Shown: positions 26,179-41,500 of the stretch, piece by piece
How the letters are laid out: every line of letters begins with the position of its first letter
How positions within the stretch are numbered: position 1 is the stretch's first letter
Assembly (NCBI GenBank): GCA_002633005.1
Contig: NMRA01000123.1
Coordinates: forward strand, 832,656 to 896,655
Length of the DNA: 64,000 bases
Source of the DNA: Phoronis australis
Taxonomy: Eukaryota > Animalia > Phoronida
Direction of reading: 5' to 3'
Program-made: the position numbers and the translations under genes
Notes under the pieces: generated by a model
What the model was told of the DNA's origin: nothing
The model's input: only the letters and a program-made list of their open reading frames with translations
The model's database searches: none

Positions 26179-29100
26179 CTACTTGTGACCTGTCACCAAA
26201 GGTCGTCCATATGATCGGTTACTCTCCCAGCTCAGAGTGCTAGAGGTGCTATGGCCGCTACCTGGTCGAGCTCGATCAAACGTTGGTGAATTGGCCAACC
26301 GTCCATACACAGCATTAGGATCCTTGAAACGGTCCAGTTCAGCCCCTTTGGCTGCAAACTCATGGCTAAGGTCATCACCTATGGACGCCTGGTAGATGTT
26401 AGGATTGAACGGCTCAATGGGAGCCACGCTGCGAGGACGGAGACTGGTCTTCTTGGGCTTCTTCTTACGACACAGGAAAACTGTTGAAAGGAGCAAAAGT
26501 ATGGATGGCTATAGCGGCCATGATGCACATGACGCATAATTGTTGCAATATGGTTAAAATTCTTCAGTTTGGGACACAATTTGGCAGACAGGTTAAATTT
26601 CGTTTTGTTATAATGCTTAATCAAATTAACTTTTCAGGAAAATTTAAATTTTGCTTTTACCATGTTTTGCATGGTGTAGCTATACCAAACAACATTTGGT
26701 ATTTTTTTTAGTATTTGCAGCAACGGGGTAAGTCTGAAAAAAAATATGGCAGTTTTAGAAATTATTTTTGTCCCAAAATGCAGTACTTTTACCATAACCA
26801 AAACAATATTTGGAAATATAATTGAAACTATGTCAATATTACTCAGGTTTAAAGATCATGGATACTAGCTACGCTATTGAAACATAATTAGCCAGCTGTG
26901 CCCTCTATTGGCACGATCGGCTTACTGCTTTTCCATGTTTTGCCATGAGGTTTACATGGAATAACTGAATAAATAAGTCGCAAATTTCCTACAAACTTTC
27001 ATAATGTGAAAGCAAGAACACGTCATGGAAACCAATTGACTTCTGGTGAAAGCAGCAAGCGAAAGGCTGCTATTTATTAAAAACTGCAAAGAAAAAGTAC
27101 TATCTCCTTGTACAGCCAGGTGGCGATAATAGTCACCTGTCCCACCTGATCAGCCCCCCATTGCATTCTGAAGGACTCCAATTGATATGACATTTAAAAA
27201 ATAAAACCACCGGCAACTTACAAAGCAGGCCCAGTGCCGACAGTGCTGCGAGTATACCCAGAGGTACAGCTATACCAATGCCTATCTTCTCGGAGTTAGA
27301 CAGACCAGTCTTGTCATCAGGACCTCCGCTCAGGGATTCAGGATTGCCAGGATTGACAGGCTGTGTGGCAAGGCAATGGAATGAGAGTGAATCCAGTTGG
27401 TGAGGTAGGTCAATTACCAGGGCTTGGAATGACCAACAACAAAAAAGAGGATGTATTGTTTCACAAATAAAAAGGCTGGTGTGAAAGAAATATTTGTGTT
27501 GTAAGATTTAACTGAAATGAATGTTTTTGCATGATCAAAGTCAAAAGCATGATAAAAAAGACAAAAAAGAGATAACTGGAAATCAAATAAGAGGAAATCT
27601 AAACTAAAAAAGAGGAAATCCTGAAATGAGGAAAATTCCAAGCCCTGTTCCATCTTATCAAGGCAGTTCGTAAGTCGTGCCTTTCACTTCTGCGTTACGC
27701 TCTGAACTAACGAATCACACCTTATTACAGTACTAGTGATGATAATAGTAATAATAATAAAACAAACACAAAATATATAACATACTATCAATACAATCTG
27801 AAATTTCAAACACAGAAAAGCCATTATTTCCTACAACTAAAGGTTACGTCCTTAATTTCAAAACGCGTGAAAACATGAATGGTGTCGATAAGTATGGTAA
27901 TAATGTCTTACAGGATTAATACGTCCACCTCTGTAAGGCAAAACTCTGATAAGTAAAAGAAATGCTGGCATTACTATTAATTATCAGTAAAACTGCAAAC
28001 GTGCCATGTATTGCTGCCATCAGTGTGAAGCAAAGGAAACAGCTGATGTTCAATTCTCATTGGGTGCTGGTGAAATTTCAAATCATGTGTTTTCTCTTGT
28101 TGAGAATTCACCGAGGGCGCTTGCAAGACAATGGTCCCAGTGTGTATAAAAATACATTCCTGCAAACATCTAGCCCACAAATGCGTCCATGTAAAACAAC
28201 ATATTGTCAATGAATTCAAATAACAAAGACGCGCCATTTTTTATCAGCATCTCCACCAGGTACATGTCGATGCGGCCATTTTCTATTGATTCATGATATT
28301 AAAGTTGAGACTGGTCCGTTGTATTACCTTTTTTGATTTCTCAATAGATCTTTAGAAACATCTCGTCTTTGACTGTGATGAATCGTGGGAAATCTGGTCA
28401 CCTTTGATCTCGAAACTGCCCCTACACTCTTGTTCCAGATTTTATAGGAGGCCAGTTTAAACATCACACGTGACCAGAGTTCCCACGATTCATCACAGTC
28501 AACATCCCATCAAAGGTGATGAGATGTTTCTGAAGTCTAGGAAATCAAAAAGGTAACCCAGCAGACCAGTTTCAACTTTAATATCACGAACATTCCTGGA
28601 TGGCTCAATTCGAGGTCTACATTTTATTAATCACGCACTATTTTCATCTGATCTTCTAATTATGATTTTCAGTAACTATTAAAACACTTACTCTGATCTT
28701 ATTTTTGTCCTTTGACAATACTGCTGGATTTCTTGTCACTGGTTCGCAGCTACTCTGTGGCACCTGGCCACACAGGCTGCACGTCTCCATGGTGACAGCA
28801 CAGACGGAGACATTTGATTGGCTGGTCAAGTTACGCAATGATGCATTAGTCAGGTCGGAGGCATTGTAAACAATGAGAGTTGTGGTTCTAGTGACAGGCT
28901 CGACTGATGCTTGGAAAGACTTGCACATGGTTTTCTGGTGAAATAGAGAGAAAATGACATTTTTAGCATTAAAATCACAGATGGCATCTGAAAGAAACCT
29001 ACTTTAACTCTTTCACCTCCAAGTAACTGTCGGCCATTGTGTCCCTGAACCCCAAGTAACTTAGTACACATGGGCTGAACTGATGTGCTTGTTTTCAAAA

Positions 29101-32100
29101 TTCCATAAACAATCCATTTATCATTGAATTTCAAAGTGTAATACACCAAAATGTAGAGAACAGAATGAACTTTATCTACAAATTCACCAAAATTAAAAAA
29201 TCCCACTCTCTCATGTGATGCAGGTAAGTAACACCTGAAATGCCGGTGTTTGTTTGCCAATTTGCCAATTCAATGTATCGTTTAAAGAATAAAAATGATT
29301 TATGAGTAACAGTGTCGTGAATATTCTTCAGTAAAATTTCTTAAGATACGTTTTTAATCACATTTCACATCTTCTATTTACATTTGAAGTCCATAAAGTG
29401 ACTTAAATTAGGCGATCGTTAAGTTCAACGATTCAAATTTGTCCACTTCCGGTTGTGACTCGCGCTTCCTTTGGGCGTTCAAATTAATTACCCTGACAAT
29501 TTCACCGAATATTTCATCAATATAGAAATTTTTAAAGTACTCAACTTGCTTATCGTAACCATCGTAAACTCTAGAAGACTCCACATGTTCAGAAAATTTG
29601 CGAAGATGTCGAAGTTCAACGGCGTTTGTTTGACCCAATTGCGAAATTCGCGACCTGCAAAGTTTTCCTCCGGTTCAAAGCCATGTAATTCAACTTCTTT
29701 GTCGTAATAGTCAACAAAATCTGGCCAGATTTATAAGAATTCCTTTTTGGGTTATCTTGTATATTAATTAAGTAAAAAGTATACAAATTATTGCCAATTT
29801 CGTCATTTGAAAAGTCTACGTCTGAATCGCCGTCGGCCGACATTTTGTTTTCGCGAGTCATCGATCTAAATTCTTGGAAAACCCCTTCAATAACTCACGT
29901 TACCTCTCAGCAACGAATCAGAAAAGCTGTTAGAAATGAAGGTAAGGCTATATTTAAATTTGTGACGTACACAAAAGAATTCCCCTAATCAACCAATCAA
30001 ATATTCTGTTGCTTGGAAGTTCGGCATATCGTGAGACCGATAAAGCGGTCCACGGTGTTGAATGGAGGTAAGTTTCAGAGACCGCTTAAGCGGTCTGCGG
30101 TGTTGAAAGGGTTAAACATGCATTGTGCTTTCTGATTCAAATCACGTACAACTTCAAAATTGGTCTCGACTGCCTTGTAAACTGCAATGTGTTAAGAAAA
30201 AATGACAAAACTTAAGAGTTCACACATTGCGAAGTGGAACCATAAGTCAACATTTCCAATTAAAGTCCTAACTTAAGTCCCATGCTTCTGGACTCAAGCA
30301 CTTAAATGTGAGTGGTCCCCAAGCCCAAAAATTGCTTCCAATGTGAGTTAAGGAGGATGTGACGACTGTTTTCATATCACTGTAAATGGTCTAATTCACT
30401 GTGATATATGTTTATTGAAGGATACACAGAACATACAAAGAAATAATGGTCTAATTCAATAGTTTGTTTTTGATATAGGATGGCTACACCAACAGGTCCT
30501 ATGATATCATGAGTGGGTCTCGACCTCAATACTTAAAGGGCTGGACAAAGTTTAGGGACGGCCCTATAAATGCCATTTCTCATTTTTTATTTTAAATGCT
30601 CTCTGACTGAGCAGACATATTTCTAAGTTCAGTGAAAGTTATGCTATTTCACCTACCAAATCAGCAGTAAATGACACAGGGACAGGGTCAGTGGTTACCG
30701 TGGCAACAGATGTTGTAATTCTTTCTGTTGTAGACACTGTTGCATGTGACGCCTAAAACAGAAGATACATGTATGGAACAGAACCTTCTTTAGCGAAGCA
30801 ATTCTATTAAATATAACAGATTCCAATACCTACCATAAGGAATATACCATCACACAAGCACACAGATATTAAATTGTGATCTCAACACTAAGTAGAAGTG
30901 ATAAGTAATTATCAAGTGATAATATGTCAAACAAGAGCAGTCCCCGGGGCGACCACGGTGCATTGCAGTGTTTCTAGGGGTTTGGGTAAGGTACAATAGG
31001 GCTACACATTAATCAATTCTACCACAACGAGAAGGTGCAGTTAAGGCCCCTTGTTGACTAACTAGTACATGTCTTTGCATCATATAACTTAAAGTTAGTT
31101 GTCATTAGTTGTTAGTTGTTAGTTGTCCATTTAGTCACAATGACCTTAAGTACATGAAGACTTGTGGGGAACGCTGATGGACATGTTATGTAACTGTAAG
31201 CTTTACAATACGAAGTCTCCTGGATAAATTGAGAGGGAATACTTAGGTTAGCCTAGTTTACTTTTCAAAAATGCTACAGTTTAATACAGAGTCCTGTCGT
31301 ACCGACCATGTAACCATAAAAAATACCATAACACTATCATGATGAACAGGAACAAAAAGAATAAAAATTGTTGATAACTGATGTATGAATTACAACCAGT
31401 AAGTGAATAGTATCGTCAACAAGAATAGCAATGAAGGAACCTAACAAATAGTTTGTCTTGACACCTAGGGCAGCAAGCATTGGCATAATAATGTAGAACC
31501 TTACATCAGTAGTCACACGCTCTGTGGCTGTAGTCTGGGTAAACACTGGGAGAGTTGGCAGAGTGGTAGTAGTAGAAGTCACCGGCTTGACTGTCTCTAC
31601 AGTCTTCCCCTTCACTATGACAACAGGTGGAACGGGCGTGGTTGGATCACTGGTGGTGGACACTACTATTGTGGTGGTAAGGGGGGCACTGGTTGGACAC
31701 AGACTGAAAAAGATACACAAGAGGAATAAAAACATAGTATCCGAGTATACAGGTGAAAGGTGCGTTTTAACGATGCTCATCTTTGCTGATTCGTGAATCT
31801 AGAAATTTCTTCACCATATTATTGGTTTTAAGTTTGTTGGGAATGAGAAGCACCATGCGAATGAATCGAAGGCATCAATTATAGGAAAAAATAGCCAGAC
31901 CTGTGACTTTCTAAAGAATCATACTGTAGATGAATTGGTGATAGAAAAAAAATGTGATTGTGGTGAGGCCACAAAATAACAGCAAGTGAAGCTGGGTAAA
32001 AAAGAACCTCAACCCATTAAATCAGGCATCAGGTGACTTTTCTTTTTGAAAATAAAGGAAACTAAAATACCACATCACCAGCTCAGTTTTTATGACCAGT

Positions 32101-35100
32101 GCTACTTCTTAGCCTACACAGCATTATTGAGACCGCATGATTTTGCAGGCATAAATGGCCCTAAGTTTTGATTTTTTCTTCTCAGACAACAGATCATATA
32201 TTAAGAAAATGTTAAGAACTGAATTAAATTTGGTTACAAATGACAAGCAATCCCTGAGCTGACGCCAGCAAAAAGTTTCTTTACATACTTCCGTCACAAG
32301 ACATCTCGCTACACAATACGTTTCATTACCTGTAATAGTGCCCCTTGATGACTGCCACACTTAAACCCTTGACAGTAGTACTGGACAAGAGAGTCATCTT
32401 TAATTGTCCACTTTTGACGTACTGTTCTATCTGTGTGTACTTGTCCAGCAAGTAAACTGTGTCGTTGGATGGTTTGGTCAGAGTAAAAACTATAACATTC
32501 TGAAAACGTAATTTACATGTTACTGCCCTTCAACCTCAGCAGGTTAATTAACGACTGCACAATACATTTCCCAACCGGGAACTCTGAATGATCCTTACTG
32601 GTTAGCACAAACCAGAAACATGTTTGCTGCCAAATGAATTGGGAAACAATGACTGTTAGTGACAACACTACTTGCACTCTCAACACAACTGGCCGACTTG
32701 TACAGTAGCAGAACGACTATGTAAATCAGCGTGGAAATAAGATCGCAAACATTCTTAAGTCTTGTCTGCACACCATCTATTGGCGAGTCCTAGTCGCGGT
32801 AGAAATCTTTTCAGATTTATGTTCATTAAGTCAAGTGATGTGGCCAACAAGTAGGATGCAGATCAGACTTAAAATGTTTGCGATTTAACTAAATAACCTA
32901 AAACAATTGGAGATCTTTGTATTAAGGCGAGCACCTCCTGGGCCGGTATACCGACACATTACGTTTTTGTCTCTAATCGTTATCAATATCAAGCACTAAT
33001 GAATATCAATTAAATTAGTTTTTGGCCACAGTAAAAAAAAACGGTTTTTAATGAATATCAATGAATTGAAAACTACTACGCACATTTCTAAATAGATTCA
33101 TCACTTCTCATCAAAAATAGGCAAACCAATCATTAAGCCACTGCTATAAACAGCTTGAATTTCATTTTCCAAAATGTTGCATAAGTTTGCCAACTCCAAT
33201 ATAGAGCAAACTCTACAATCAACTCGAGCAAAACGTTCTTTTGTGGCGAAAATTAAAAACTCAACTATCACCTTTCTACCACGCATTGTCCAAACTGAAG
33301 AATTTTTTTGTTTAACATCAATTAACACCCACCTTTGCTACGTTATCTAAAGTGATTCCAGACAACAAGTGTGAGCTGAGCACGCCACCTAGTGATGACT
33401 TGAGATGAGTGAGGAGATCACGACGACTAGTGACATCTTTAGTCACCATGTTGGTGAAGTCATAATCCAGTGCCATGGCCAGAGTCAAACTGTGGAAAAA
33501 ACAGTAATTGTCAACCTTCGTGAAGTGCCTTTTAAATTTCCACTTCCTATCCATGAAAGTGCATTTACGAATCCTTGATGATTGAACAACTTTGACTCAT
33601 TCCTTCAAGTGCTGTGAAATCAATCACTGACTGTCATTCTTTTGTTTTGAACATGACTATCTAAAAAACCTATGCCTAACCTGCAGGCAACCTCGTGTTT
33701 GATCAACAACTTACATGGTACCTTAGCTGGAGACCGTTTATATACCAATACTTTCATATACGACGTGTGCATGACAGTCCATGTGCCTGCATGTTTCTGA
33801 AATAACATGATTTTTAAAAGTTTGCTCTTGAGCAATTAAAGGTGCTTTGTATGCGCCTAACTCTGCATAAAGGCACACCTTATATAAGCCCTTGGGTCTA
33901 ATTTTAGACATAGATACAACTTCTCATATAGATGGTTGGGCCTAAATACGTGCAGGTATGGTAATTTCAATAGCATCATAGCCAACAGTCACATTTATTT
34001 ACTTACTCTGTGTAGTCATCAACATTCCTGACCTCTAGAAGGTCGCGCCTATCACGTGGGCCAATCGTAAACTTGGATTTGGATGAGAACATTTTATGTA
34101 TCAAATCTTTTGTTCCGGCATTGACAGGCATCTTGACAGTTGCTTGAATGTCAAACTCCACACCATCCTGATTAAATGCGGAAGGTAAACAGAGATCAGA
34201 CAAATTGGTTCAATACAATTGTCATTCAGAGATGCAGAGAAAATGGATTGGTTAGATAGCAAGTTCATTCAGACCACATGCACAATACATTCTATCACTA
34301 CTAATAGACATTATTAGGATAAAGCATTGACTGAAAGCATACAGGCTGATTAGGTATCTCAGAACAGAAATTTAAAGTGATCAACAAGCACTCTACACCA
34401 GGCAGAAAAATAATACACAAAATATATTGAGTTTTGCCATTTATAGAATATGCATTAAAAATTACAAAACCCATACAGAAGCCTTGGAGATAATTCTGAA
34501 TTTCAAGCAAACAATATTGGACAACGACTGTTCATGATGAAAAAAAATTGAAATTTAACACCCTTAACCTGAAACACGGCCTAATACAACCAACATCATC
34601 ACTCACTGGGGTCAACTCCACCCTGACAAGTGATCTGACAGAGATGCGACCAATCAGTTCAGTCATCAGTTTTTTGTGGAAGTACTCTAGAGTCTCATTT
34701 CTTTGCAGCTCACTCAGCTCCAGAGTCTCATTACAGGGTATGAACGCAGTCATGGTCAGTCTGCAATAATTATTCATTAAATGCAGTCTAATCAAACTGA
34801 CAACGGGCAAAGCAAAGCCGCAATATATGTTATGGTATTAACAAAATCAACTTTTCCAAACAGTCGTATTAATGCTGTCCTACCCAAAAAAATGCCATTA
34901 CATTCTAATCCTTAACACAAACAATACATATTAATAAAGCAGAAAAATGGTTCCAGGTGATCAGTGCAGTGGGCCCACATGCACAACCTACGTACGTCTG
35001 GTGTAACGTGCACTAGACTGCCTGCAATTAATTTTTTATCCTTAACCCACACATTGCATTACGAGGCAAAAATGCTTATAAAACAGAAATGGCAACACTG

Positions 35101-38100
35101 AACACAACCTCACTGGTTAATTGCAGCGGCTATTTAATAACTGATTGCTCTCCGGGTTTGTTCTTGATGGGAAATGAGTGTCCACAGTTTTTCTAATTTA
35201 AGTTACTTTTATCATTATTACATCATTTATGCAAGCTCAAAATATTGACAACATTTTATCTCAAACAAAGTTTAAATCTGAACCACCAAAACTTGCCCAC
35301 GCTATAATTGTAACTAGTTCATGACTAAAATAAAGAGTAATCAAATATTTTGACACTGACAGCTCTTATAAATAAATTCTAAATTAATATAAAAACAAAA
35401 CTGAAAAAGTTCCCACGTACAATGTATTATTAATTCAAAACTACTCACGTCTCGGGCAGAAAGCAGTCGTTATCACAGCTTGGTACTTTATCTAGGTCAC
35501 ACCAATAACAGCCTTTCAGCGACTGACATGTGTCTTTGTTAGATCTAAAAAAATCCAAATATATACATACAGAAGGAGAAACAGTACTTGCGGTAAACAC
35601 ACAGTACTCGATAACTTGGTATACACACAATACTTCAGTGATAACAGTATACACACACACAACTTGATATCTTGGTATACGTACACTACCAGATAACTTG
35701 GTATAAACACACAACTTGATATCTTGGTACAAACACAATACTTGATAACGTGGTATACACATACTACTTGATAACTTGGTATACACACAGTGCTTGATAT
35801 CTTAGTATACACAGTGACTGACACAAACTAAAACATCCACCCACGTTGGCGGCAAACCACTATCAATCCTTTCAGCGAGAGCAGCCCCTAGAGGCATACA
35901 CAAGAACTATTTCCTCGCTGAACAGTATTCTCAGTAAATGAAACAGTGAACACCAGGGGACTGTTTTATGAAAACTAACTTCAGACTTAAGTCGGAAATT
36001 TGGTCTTATGCTCGACACAATTATTTCTAAAAAACAATTGAATCTAACTTTATCATAAATGTAAAGTTTCTGAGAATACACACAGAGCAGCTGGTTACTG
36101 GGATTAATTTCTGCAAATGATTTCTCAACTGTAACGCAGTCATAATTACTTGACTGAACCTTTTTCAGCAGCTGTGAAGAGGGACCGTAAGACAAAATTT
36201 CTGTCTTATGTCGTGTCTCACTTTCATGAAACAGACTCTCAAACACTAAATAATCGTGTAACTTTTTACCATACCCAACACTACAGTTAAAGCCACAGTC
36301 AACACCATAGCCGAGGTCATAACTCCAGTCAACAGGTGGCATTGGTGGTTGAGTCAGAGGAAGTAGCACCATCTGATGGTCATTGATGAAACTTTCAACG
36401 TCAGACAGGATACTTCCAGGGATGTCTGAGGGATGTTGAATCACGAAGCTCACTGTTGTCTGTAAAAGTCAGACAAAAGAATAAATTGCAAAGCAAATTT
36501 GAGGGATAAATAGTTCTTTCTTGCTCTCTCTATGTTCAATGTGCTTAAGGTTATATAGAACCTTATCCACAGGTTTGTGCACTTAGCCAAATACCTACAA
36601 ACGTATTAATACAAAATTAACTCACCAAAAGTATATAGTAGAAATTCCTTTGAATTTGAATTTTGGCTTTATGTGAATCTACCTCATGACCGTGCTTTTT
36701 AGGGAAATTTAGCAATAATAGAAACTTAACATACTTAAAATACATAACCAAATTTCTTGTGATATATAAATGTTCAACATAAAGTCTCAAAAATCCTGTT
36801 GTAGTTTTCTCTGTCGGTAAATTATTGTTTTGTTTTCATGTTATTATTTTTTAATAAAGGTCACACAAGTCCCATTTTTGACAGCCCTCATGCAAAAGTG
36901 AATTGGAAAACATAGCGTCCTAAAGCTTCATGTACATCACATAAGATATTTCTGAGATATGTTTCAAAGTTGGTCACAGTTAGAAATTTTGCTAACTGGT
37001 TCTAAAGAAAACTTGAAGTCGTACAAATGTCTCAAAAATGTGATGAAAATATTCCCAAGCAGTCACATGTTGTGCTGCATAACCAGTCATTAGTGAAATC
37101 TAAAAAAATGCATTTGACAATATGCCAGTCACAGTTCTTGCAGGATAAGAGATGCACTTGTACCTCTTTGTGAAGTCCTTTCAGTCGAAACAGTACAAGG
37201 AGGTATTTGAAATCATAGTTTGATTTATTATTCTTAATGTCAATTCACAGGGAATTGTGTCTCACATTTTTAATACACTGTTTTAACACCAGCGACTTCA
37301 GCCACCAAAGTCCCTTGGCTAAAGCAATACCTTTATTTTTGATGACTGATATTTCCATTGGCCGGAGTAAACTTTAAAATCAAAAATCTCACAAATGATT
37401 CTCTCGGCCATGGACCAGAGTGGAATGTCATGGGAGTTAACTCACTTCCTAAAGAGAAACTGATGTAAATAAAACCACTAAGAACTTTGACAATCAAAAA
37501 GATTTAAAATGGCGGATAAGTTTTAAAAATCTGTGTCAAACAACTTGCATATTGTAGTCCAGGAACAATCACGGGATTAAAGAAATGTTACTTTGAATAA
37601 CATCAAAGGAAATAGAGATAATAACTTTATGCGTGCTCGTAAAACACAAAATTTTTCTTAATTTTCATTTTTGTTGCTATATTTAACAAAATTTCACTAG
37701 TTGGCCATATTGTGTATTGAAGAAATAGCATAATATCCCTTATCTGACTAAATATTCCGTTAGATAAGGACAATGGTGTTGTGCCTCCAGTATAGGAATT
37801 TAGCTGATCGTGGGATCATTACGCCCAGACCGTGTCTTGCGATTCACCTTGAGGTGAATTTGCAATGAATTCAAGCAGAAAAATGTGACACACCTTTCCC
37901 AGTTGGATATCAGATATGGTTTCTGCGATGTCCCTCGGGAAGTAAGTAGAGACCATTTCCTGCAGTTTCTTGGACACTCGCTCACGTAGACCCACGTCAC
38001 TGCTGACTAGCTTCTCCAAGTCGAGGCTGTCGTCATACTTCAGGGTTAGTGTGGCTCTGTTAAAAGATCGGATGAGACTGTCTACAGTACAGTCAGTTAA

Positions 38101-38486
38101 CCCACCCCAAGACTTCTGAAAACCCAGACACGTTTGCACTGCTAATAGGATCTGTCTATTGTATGCGGTGATCCATGAACCCGGTAAGCAACCAGCAAGT
38201 CGAAGTCTTTCAGATGTCATTAACAAATTGATTGCGATTTTCCAGGTAATGAATCGTTCCACAAATAAATAAGATTGTGTGATAGAAATATTTTTTCTTG
38301 CATGAATAAAGTCAAAATATTGATAAAAAGAGCCTAAAAAGAGGAAACTGGAAGTCAAATAAGAGGGCATTGGAACCAAAAATCCTTTTACAAGAGCAAA
38401 ATTCTAAGCACTGCATGGAATAGATGCCCCCCCACAAGACAATAAAAGATAAAAACAAGGAAGCTAGTAAAAAGAAAAAGAAATTA

Positions 38487-38528
<42 letters not shown>

Positions 38529-41500
38529 GACTGCTACAATGTCATACACTGGGAACACCCAGAAGGTCTTAGATCTCAGAGAACAACACTTACTCAGTGT
38601 AATCCCCTTCCACTCTCACTTTAAATTGAGTGGGGTTGTTGTCAGGACCTATGGTGAACACACGCTTCTTCAAATGACCAATCAACTTCAACCAAGATTC
38701 AGAAAGAGGCTTTTGACCCAGAACACCGACAATCTCAACACTGATGGTATTCTGGAAGATTAAAGTTGCTTTAATGACATTTATTTAACAGAATCTGATA
38801 CAATAACGTAATTCATCCATTATTGAATACTTTGACTTAACGCTCATTCCCTGATATTTGAGTTGCTTAATGTGGAGGGCATCAAGAGATTTGTACAAGA
38901 ACCACTGACATCATCAATGCTCCTTATCACAAACACTGATCTAAGTTCTTTTTGTGTGGAGCAGGGAAATTACTATAATAGTGATGACTTTAAACCAATA
39001 AAATTCTGGCTCACCTCACTTCAAATGTAGCAAAACTAGTCATTTCAAGCCAAAACGATACGACTGGATTTGATTTGCTGACCAATACCCCATAAAGGCG
39101 GATATCAGTTTATCTTAATGCATTCATCCTCAGAGAGCCACTATGCAATAAAAAAGACTGAGAGAACAACACCCTATGGAACAATTGATATTTGAATTTC
39201 AAACTGCAGTTGTCTGAGGTTGAAACTAACGAAACATTTTATTTTATAATGATCTGGACAATAAAAGTGGATGCACTAAATGTCTGCCCTCAATGTACAT
39301 CTCAATTCCTACCTTCACCAAAGTGATGCTGTCAACTGCCTTAACATCAAGGTCAGCCAAACCAGCTAAGTCTACTGCCACACTGTGCTCGATCTGATCA
39401 ACCACTTGGGGTGAAAGGTCAGAGGTCAGACATGGCAATACCAAGGTAATATTTGATACTCTACAAAAACAAATTTTACTCTTATTACATATTGAAAATT
39501 GCACACAAGTGTTTTTGTAACAGGCAGAATGCAGGGCAAATCATTGCAACAATTAATGGTGAAATACCAAAATTTGATAATTTTCATGAACCTAAATATT
39601 CAAATACTATGGCTATGTTACACTGGGGCTCGTGATCACCTGACTAACCCAAAGATCTGACAATTTCATTGTTAATTTGCTAGGGCAGCAAAAAGCCTAA
39701 CAACACAATGCCCATGCATAACTGAGTCAACTTTACCCATGACCTTAAAGCAACCTAAAATACTACGTAATTCTAGGCAAAAAAATTTCATTAAAAATTT
39801 AAAAAGCAGTCACTAGTTTCAAATAAAGAATTTGAACAAAAAACAAACACTAAAAACTGCAGGATATTTTTAGCAGCTTGCAAACAATTTTGGTTTCAAG
39901 TATTATATATATTTAAAGAGTTTGACCAATTTCAAGAGCTAACTACTTACTATATGCGCACATGATAGTCCACTTCAAACACAGACACAGGTACAGAGCA
40001 GTTCCAAAGAGACTGTATGCCATGAACTCATTCAAAGCCATTCAACATTTGAAACAGACAACACACTGAAGTACTCACCTCTCCTGCAGCAGACAATCAT
40101 TTCCACAGTAGGGCACCTTGTCCAGCAAGCACCACTGACAGTCGTGTTCTCGCTCACAAGAAGGCGCTGTTGTCCTAAAATTATCACAATGTTAAATTGG
40201 CTTTGAGTGCTTAGCAGGTGCTCTATCAGAAAAACAACCCACAATCCACACAGTTTGGTGCCAACAGGGCTGTGGTCCCTGGACGCAAGACAGGCAGGTG
40301 AGTACAAATAATCAATTAATCAATTTTCACCAAATCTATTGTTCAATTATAGAAACTTATCCAGGGTTAGTCCAGTAAAACTTTTTCCATGCACCAGTAT
40401 ATGACAGAACAGAAAAACTTGTCCAATTTTGCAAGAACAGATTGAAAAACTTGACTTATGTCTTATTTTGCAGGGTCCCCATAGAAAGCAGTGTGAACTG
40501 ATGGGGCTATCCTCATTGTAAATATTACATTAATAAATAAATAAATAATAAATAAAGAAATAAATAAAAAAAAACAAAAAACTTGTTTAACATTGCAAGT
40601 TCAGAAAAACTTGTCCAATTTTGCAGTAAAAATGAGTAAAAAATGGACATTTCACTACAAAATCAGTCTGTACTCTACATAACACCTGCCACCACAACAG
40701 TTCAGCACTGAATAATGCAAAATGGGAGTGAAAGATAGAAAAATCATGACTTTCAATTGGTACAATAAATATTTTTGTTCGAATTAAAAAAAAATTACCA
40801 CAAATAAAATGTTCCCAATTTTCGAATGAGAAATGTTACACAGAATTTCAGTTGGTTGTCATATTATAAGTTATTAGGAGATACCACCAACATGTGTGTG
40901 AGAAGGATTTTTTAATTTAAAAAATACACAGTTTATTATAAATTAAAGTGTTATTTTAAAAGATGATTTTCTTTCAGCGATGAACTGCATCAAACTTCAA
41001 ATGTTGGCCATCACTAAACATACCTTTGAGTACACCGGCTGGGGCACAGGTCTCTGAAACCTCCCTCGATGACACTAGATGTCGCCCCAATATAGTCAGA
41101 CGGATCTGCCCACAGCTTTGCGACCTCATGCAGGAGGTCAACTTTGGAGTCGGGTCGTTTTGATATCACGTAACTTACGCGATTCTGTACAAAAGAAAGC
41201 AGGCTTCAAGCTAATAAAACCATTATCTAGCGCTTTGACTTAAACATTTAAGCAAGCCAAACATTAAACTGAGATTTCGTGTACAAAATAATAGCCACAA
41301 TTCATTTCTGGATAATTTTTCAGCGGCATAAGCATACGTACCTTTCACGTCTTAAAATTGGTGGGCATGGCAGAAAATTCCAAGTCAAATAAACAATAAT
41401 CTTTCCATATGATTACCAGGGGTGGACACCGATTCCATCTTTCATAAGATTATCAGGGGGGGATGAAGCCACCCCTGGTTGTGCCCCTAAGTTCCAACTA

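Noticed and set aside
33715-33796. In-frame TGA as selenocysteine
   Set aside because: The segment is not needed for the frame, its strong donor is in the wrong phase, it does not resemble the Cys modules, and I identified no SECIS.
35445-35824. Cys/Tyr/Val-rich repetitive ORFs
   Set aside because: Translation of an intronic minisatellite; only 35449-35544 is exonic.
35872-36274. Extension of the 193-aa ORF beyond the exon
   Set aside because: The donor GG|GTATGG at 36275 matches module phase and length; the remainder is intron read-through.
38424-38624. Poly-Asn ORF
   Set aside because: An (AAT)n microsatellite in an intron.
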